A stretch of DNA of 64,000 bases, from positions 64,792,001-64,856,000 of the forward strand of contig CM059438.1 of assembly GCA_030390025.1 (NCBI GenBank), in the 5' to 3' direction. The position numbers were made by a program, and so were the translations under genes. The notes under the pieces are model-generated. The model made no database searches. It was not told the origin of the DNA and saw only the letters and a program-made list of their open reading frames with translations. Origin of the DNA: Squalus acanthias. Taxonomy: Eukaryota. This document shows positions 61,136-64,000 of the stretch, one piece after another. Positions within the stretch are counted from its first letter, which is position 1; every line of letters begins with the position of its first letter.

Positions 61136-62202
61136 CTTTAAATTGAAGTTCTTCCGCTTGTTAAAATGAATGAAAGTTAGCTTTACTTGATGCTTGATTA
61201 TAATATATCAGGAAGCACAAGGGCATACTGTGTGACCTTAAAAACAGTGACCTCAAACCAAGAAAGAGTTCATTGGCAATGGATTAAAAGAGAAATAAAA
61301 TGCACAATATGTGAAGGATATTTATGAAGAATCTCGGCAATTTGAGCAATTTTTCTACTTGTAGCTCTTTGACAAACGATACTTTAAAGAGGCGTTTTGA
61401 AGAGAGTTGTAATGGGATTGTTTGAATTTTAATATTTTGAATCTGCTTCTGTCAAGTTTTAAAAGCCTCTTTACACTTCTAAGAAAGATTTGGGAGAGCT
61501 TCCAGTGCAAGTGTGTTAGCAAACTACGAGAAAATCTGATCGGGTCTATAGTCTGGGATTAACAGAGTGACAGAATATGGCAGCTCAACAAGATTAAACT
61601 CTATCAATGAATGGCAGTAGGTTCATGCGGGTCAGCAGGTAATTACCTCCCAATGCTGAGTAATTGCAAATCCATTGGAGGCAATTTCTGAATCCTGTGA
61701 GAGCCTGTATGCTGCCTACCCAGAAGGCATTTTTTTTTTCTTTCTTAAAAACACATTACTGCCTGGTAGCAATCTGTCAGATGTTGAATCAGGATCATTT
61801 TGGGCATTTCAGGGCTTCTTTCCAAGAATGGCTACAATTTAACGTTTCATGTACCATTTTCAACCGCAAAAGACTTGTTTTTAAACAAAGAGGACACTCT
61901 TAACATTGGGGATAAATTTGACGTAACCCGCCCACAGGGAAGCTGAGGGGATTGGGTCGCACACCAATTTTACTCTCCATTGACTTCGACGAAGAGTAAA
62001 ATTGGCCGGGGTTGTTGATGCAGGAGATTCACTGGAATAGAAGGGAGAGGGAGACTGTATTTCATTAAAATCATACTACACAATCTGTGAATGGTCAATG
62101 AGACCACATGTGCTGGCAATGCTGCACACCGTACACTGTGAGTAAAGGCTTACCAGTTGTTCGTATTTATTTCTGTGCCATTCACGTGTACCTTCTGTAC
62201 TT

Positions 62203-62432
62203 ATACAGAATCATACAAAAACAGAAGGAGGCCATTCGGCCCATTGTACCTGTGTCGGTTCTTTGAAAGAGCTATCCAATTATTCCCAATCCTCCTGCTC
62301 GTTTCCCATAAGCACAGCAAATTTTTCCTTTTCAAGTATATGTCCAATTATCTGATGAAAGTTACGATTGAATCTGCTTCCACCACCCTTTCAGGCAGTG
62401 CATTCCAGATCATACCAACTCACTGCATGAAA
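62203..62432 (-). mobile_element. CR1 3' fragment (older subfamily)
   Basis: Reverse complement resembles 39960-40195. Confidence 0.7.
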
Positions 62433-63047
62433 AAAAGTCCCCTCTGGTTCTTTTGGCATGTATGTGTAAAATGTGTCAACCACAGCTTGGCAAATAGAGT
62501 TTTTGTGTGTACTATTTTGATCTTTTTTTTTCTTTGCTAAGGTCCCCTATGCTAGGACCACTCCTTGTTCAGAGGATGGGTGGATGGGACAGTTCTGGGC
62601 CTTTGCCCTCTGTCATTTTGAGCCAGTCCACAGAGCGTATTAAACGATAAGGATTGATTTAGCTTGTTGCTTCTGCTCTACGCCTCACCAGACAGACATC
62701 AGTTTACCACAAAGGTAACTATGGGTTGAGAAGAGCCACACAGCTAATCTCTAGCATCAGATGATTCAGATGGAGGATTGAGTGGAGGAACTTGGGCTTT
62801 TTAATTGAGGTATACAAGTACATGGCTGAGGAAAGGTCAATCTGCAGCATTATTTCAAATTAAACTGTAACAGTGGGCACTACAGCACAGGTTCAAACTA
62901 GCTGGAAGCCAATTTAATATTAATGTCAGGAAGTTATTTTTCTAATAAAGAATATTCAACACATGGAACAGACTTCAGGTGAGGTAATGGAAGTAAATAA
63001 ATCCGAGAATCATTTAAGAAACCGTTGGATGCTGTTATGTGCGGTAA

Positions 63048-63494
63048 AAAGAAAGAAAGACTTGCATTTATACAGCACCTTGCACGACCTCAGTATGTCC
63101 CAAAGTGCTTTACAGCTTTTTGAAGTGTAGTCACTGTTGTAATGTAGGAAATGCGGCAGCCAAATTGCACACAGCAAGCTCCCAGAAACAGCAATGTGAT
63201 AATGACCAGGTAATCTGTTTTAGTGATGTTGATTGAGGGATAAATATTGGCCAGGACCCCTGCTCTTCTTCGAAATAGTGCCGTGGGATCTTTTACGTCC
63301 ACCTGAGAGGGCAGACGGGGCCTCAGTTTAACGTCTCATCCAAAAGACGGCGCCTCCGACAGTGCAGCACTCCCTCAGCACTACACTGGAGTGTCAGCCT
63401 AGCTTTTTGCTCTTAAGTCTCTGGAGTGGGACTTGAATCCACAACCTTCTGACTCAGAAGCAAGAGTGCTACCAACTGAGCCACTGGCTGGCAC
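63048..63494 (-). mobile_element. Deu-SINE, near full length
   Basis: Collinear with 12315-12782. Confidence 0.87.
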
Positions 63495-63508
63495 ATAAAT
63501 AATGGTCA

Positions 63509-63658
63509 TGATGCAGAGATGCCGGTGTTGGACTGGGGTGGACAAAATTGAGAGGTCGCATAACACCAGGTTATAGTCCAACAGTTTTATTTGAAATCTC
63601 AAGCTTTCGGAGCTATCGATTGCCCCTTCCTCAGGTGAAGTAAATAGATACAGAATCG
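63509..63658 (-). mobile_element. Inverted Penelope family A pLTR with hammerhead motif (63597-63638)
   Basis: Reverse complement of 10582-10730. Confidence 0.88.
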
Positions 63659-64000
63659 CCAAAGATACACAAAGCCAACACACCCGGACGTCCTATCGTA
63701 TCAGGCAATGGAACCCTGTGTGAGAACCTCTCTGGATACGTCGAGGGCATTCTGAAACCCATCGTACAGGGAACCCCCAGCTTCTGTCGCGACACTACAG
63801 ACTTCTTACAGAAACTCAGCACCCACGGACCAGTTGAACCAGGAACACTCCTCGCCACGATGGACGTATCGGCACTCTACACCAGTATCCCCCACGATGA
63901 CGGCATCGCTGCGACAGCCTCAGTACTCAACACCAACAACAGCCAATCTCCAGATGCCATCCTACAACTCATCCGCTTCATCCTTGACCACAATGTCTTC
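63659..64000 (+). CDS. Penelope-like reverse transcriptase, partial (runs off the window)
   Basis: Uninterrupted frame missing from the ORF track: PKIHKANTPGRPIVSG...SFCRDTTDFLQKL...LLATMDVSALYTSIPHDDG...FILDHNVF. Confidence 0.92.

Overview
Eukaryotic, repeat-dominated DNA, very likely from a shark or other elasmobranch. The evidence is HE1/V-SINE, Deu-domain SacSINE1-like SINEs, and shark-type CR1 and Penelope ends. No host gene could be named. Main contents: (i) a near full-length but decayed PIF/Harbinger transposon (17102-21219) with a spliced Myb/SANT + coiled-coil gene convergent on a HARBI1-type transposase, a second truncated Harbinger (31726-34440), and several non-autonomous derivatives/MITEs with GGG(N)AAATT-type ends and 3-bp TSDs; (ii) many 5'-truncated CR1 and L2 LINEs, several nested with readable TSDs; (iii) two Penelope-like families whose ends carry minimal hammerhead ribozymes with a loop-less palindromic stem III; (iv) a 2.7-kb 35-bp tandem array with higher-order structure and a 0.5-kb 18-19-bp minisatellite; (v) a few low-confidence minus-strand exon candidates. 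There are no CRISPR, rRNA or true tRNA genes. Family names come from recognising sequences by eye, not from database searches.
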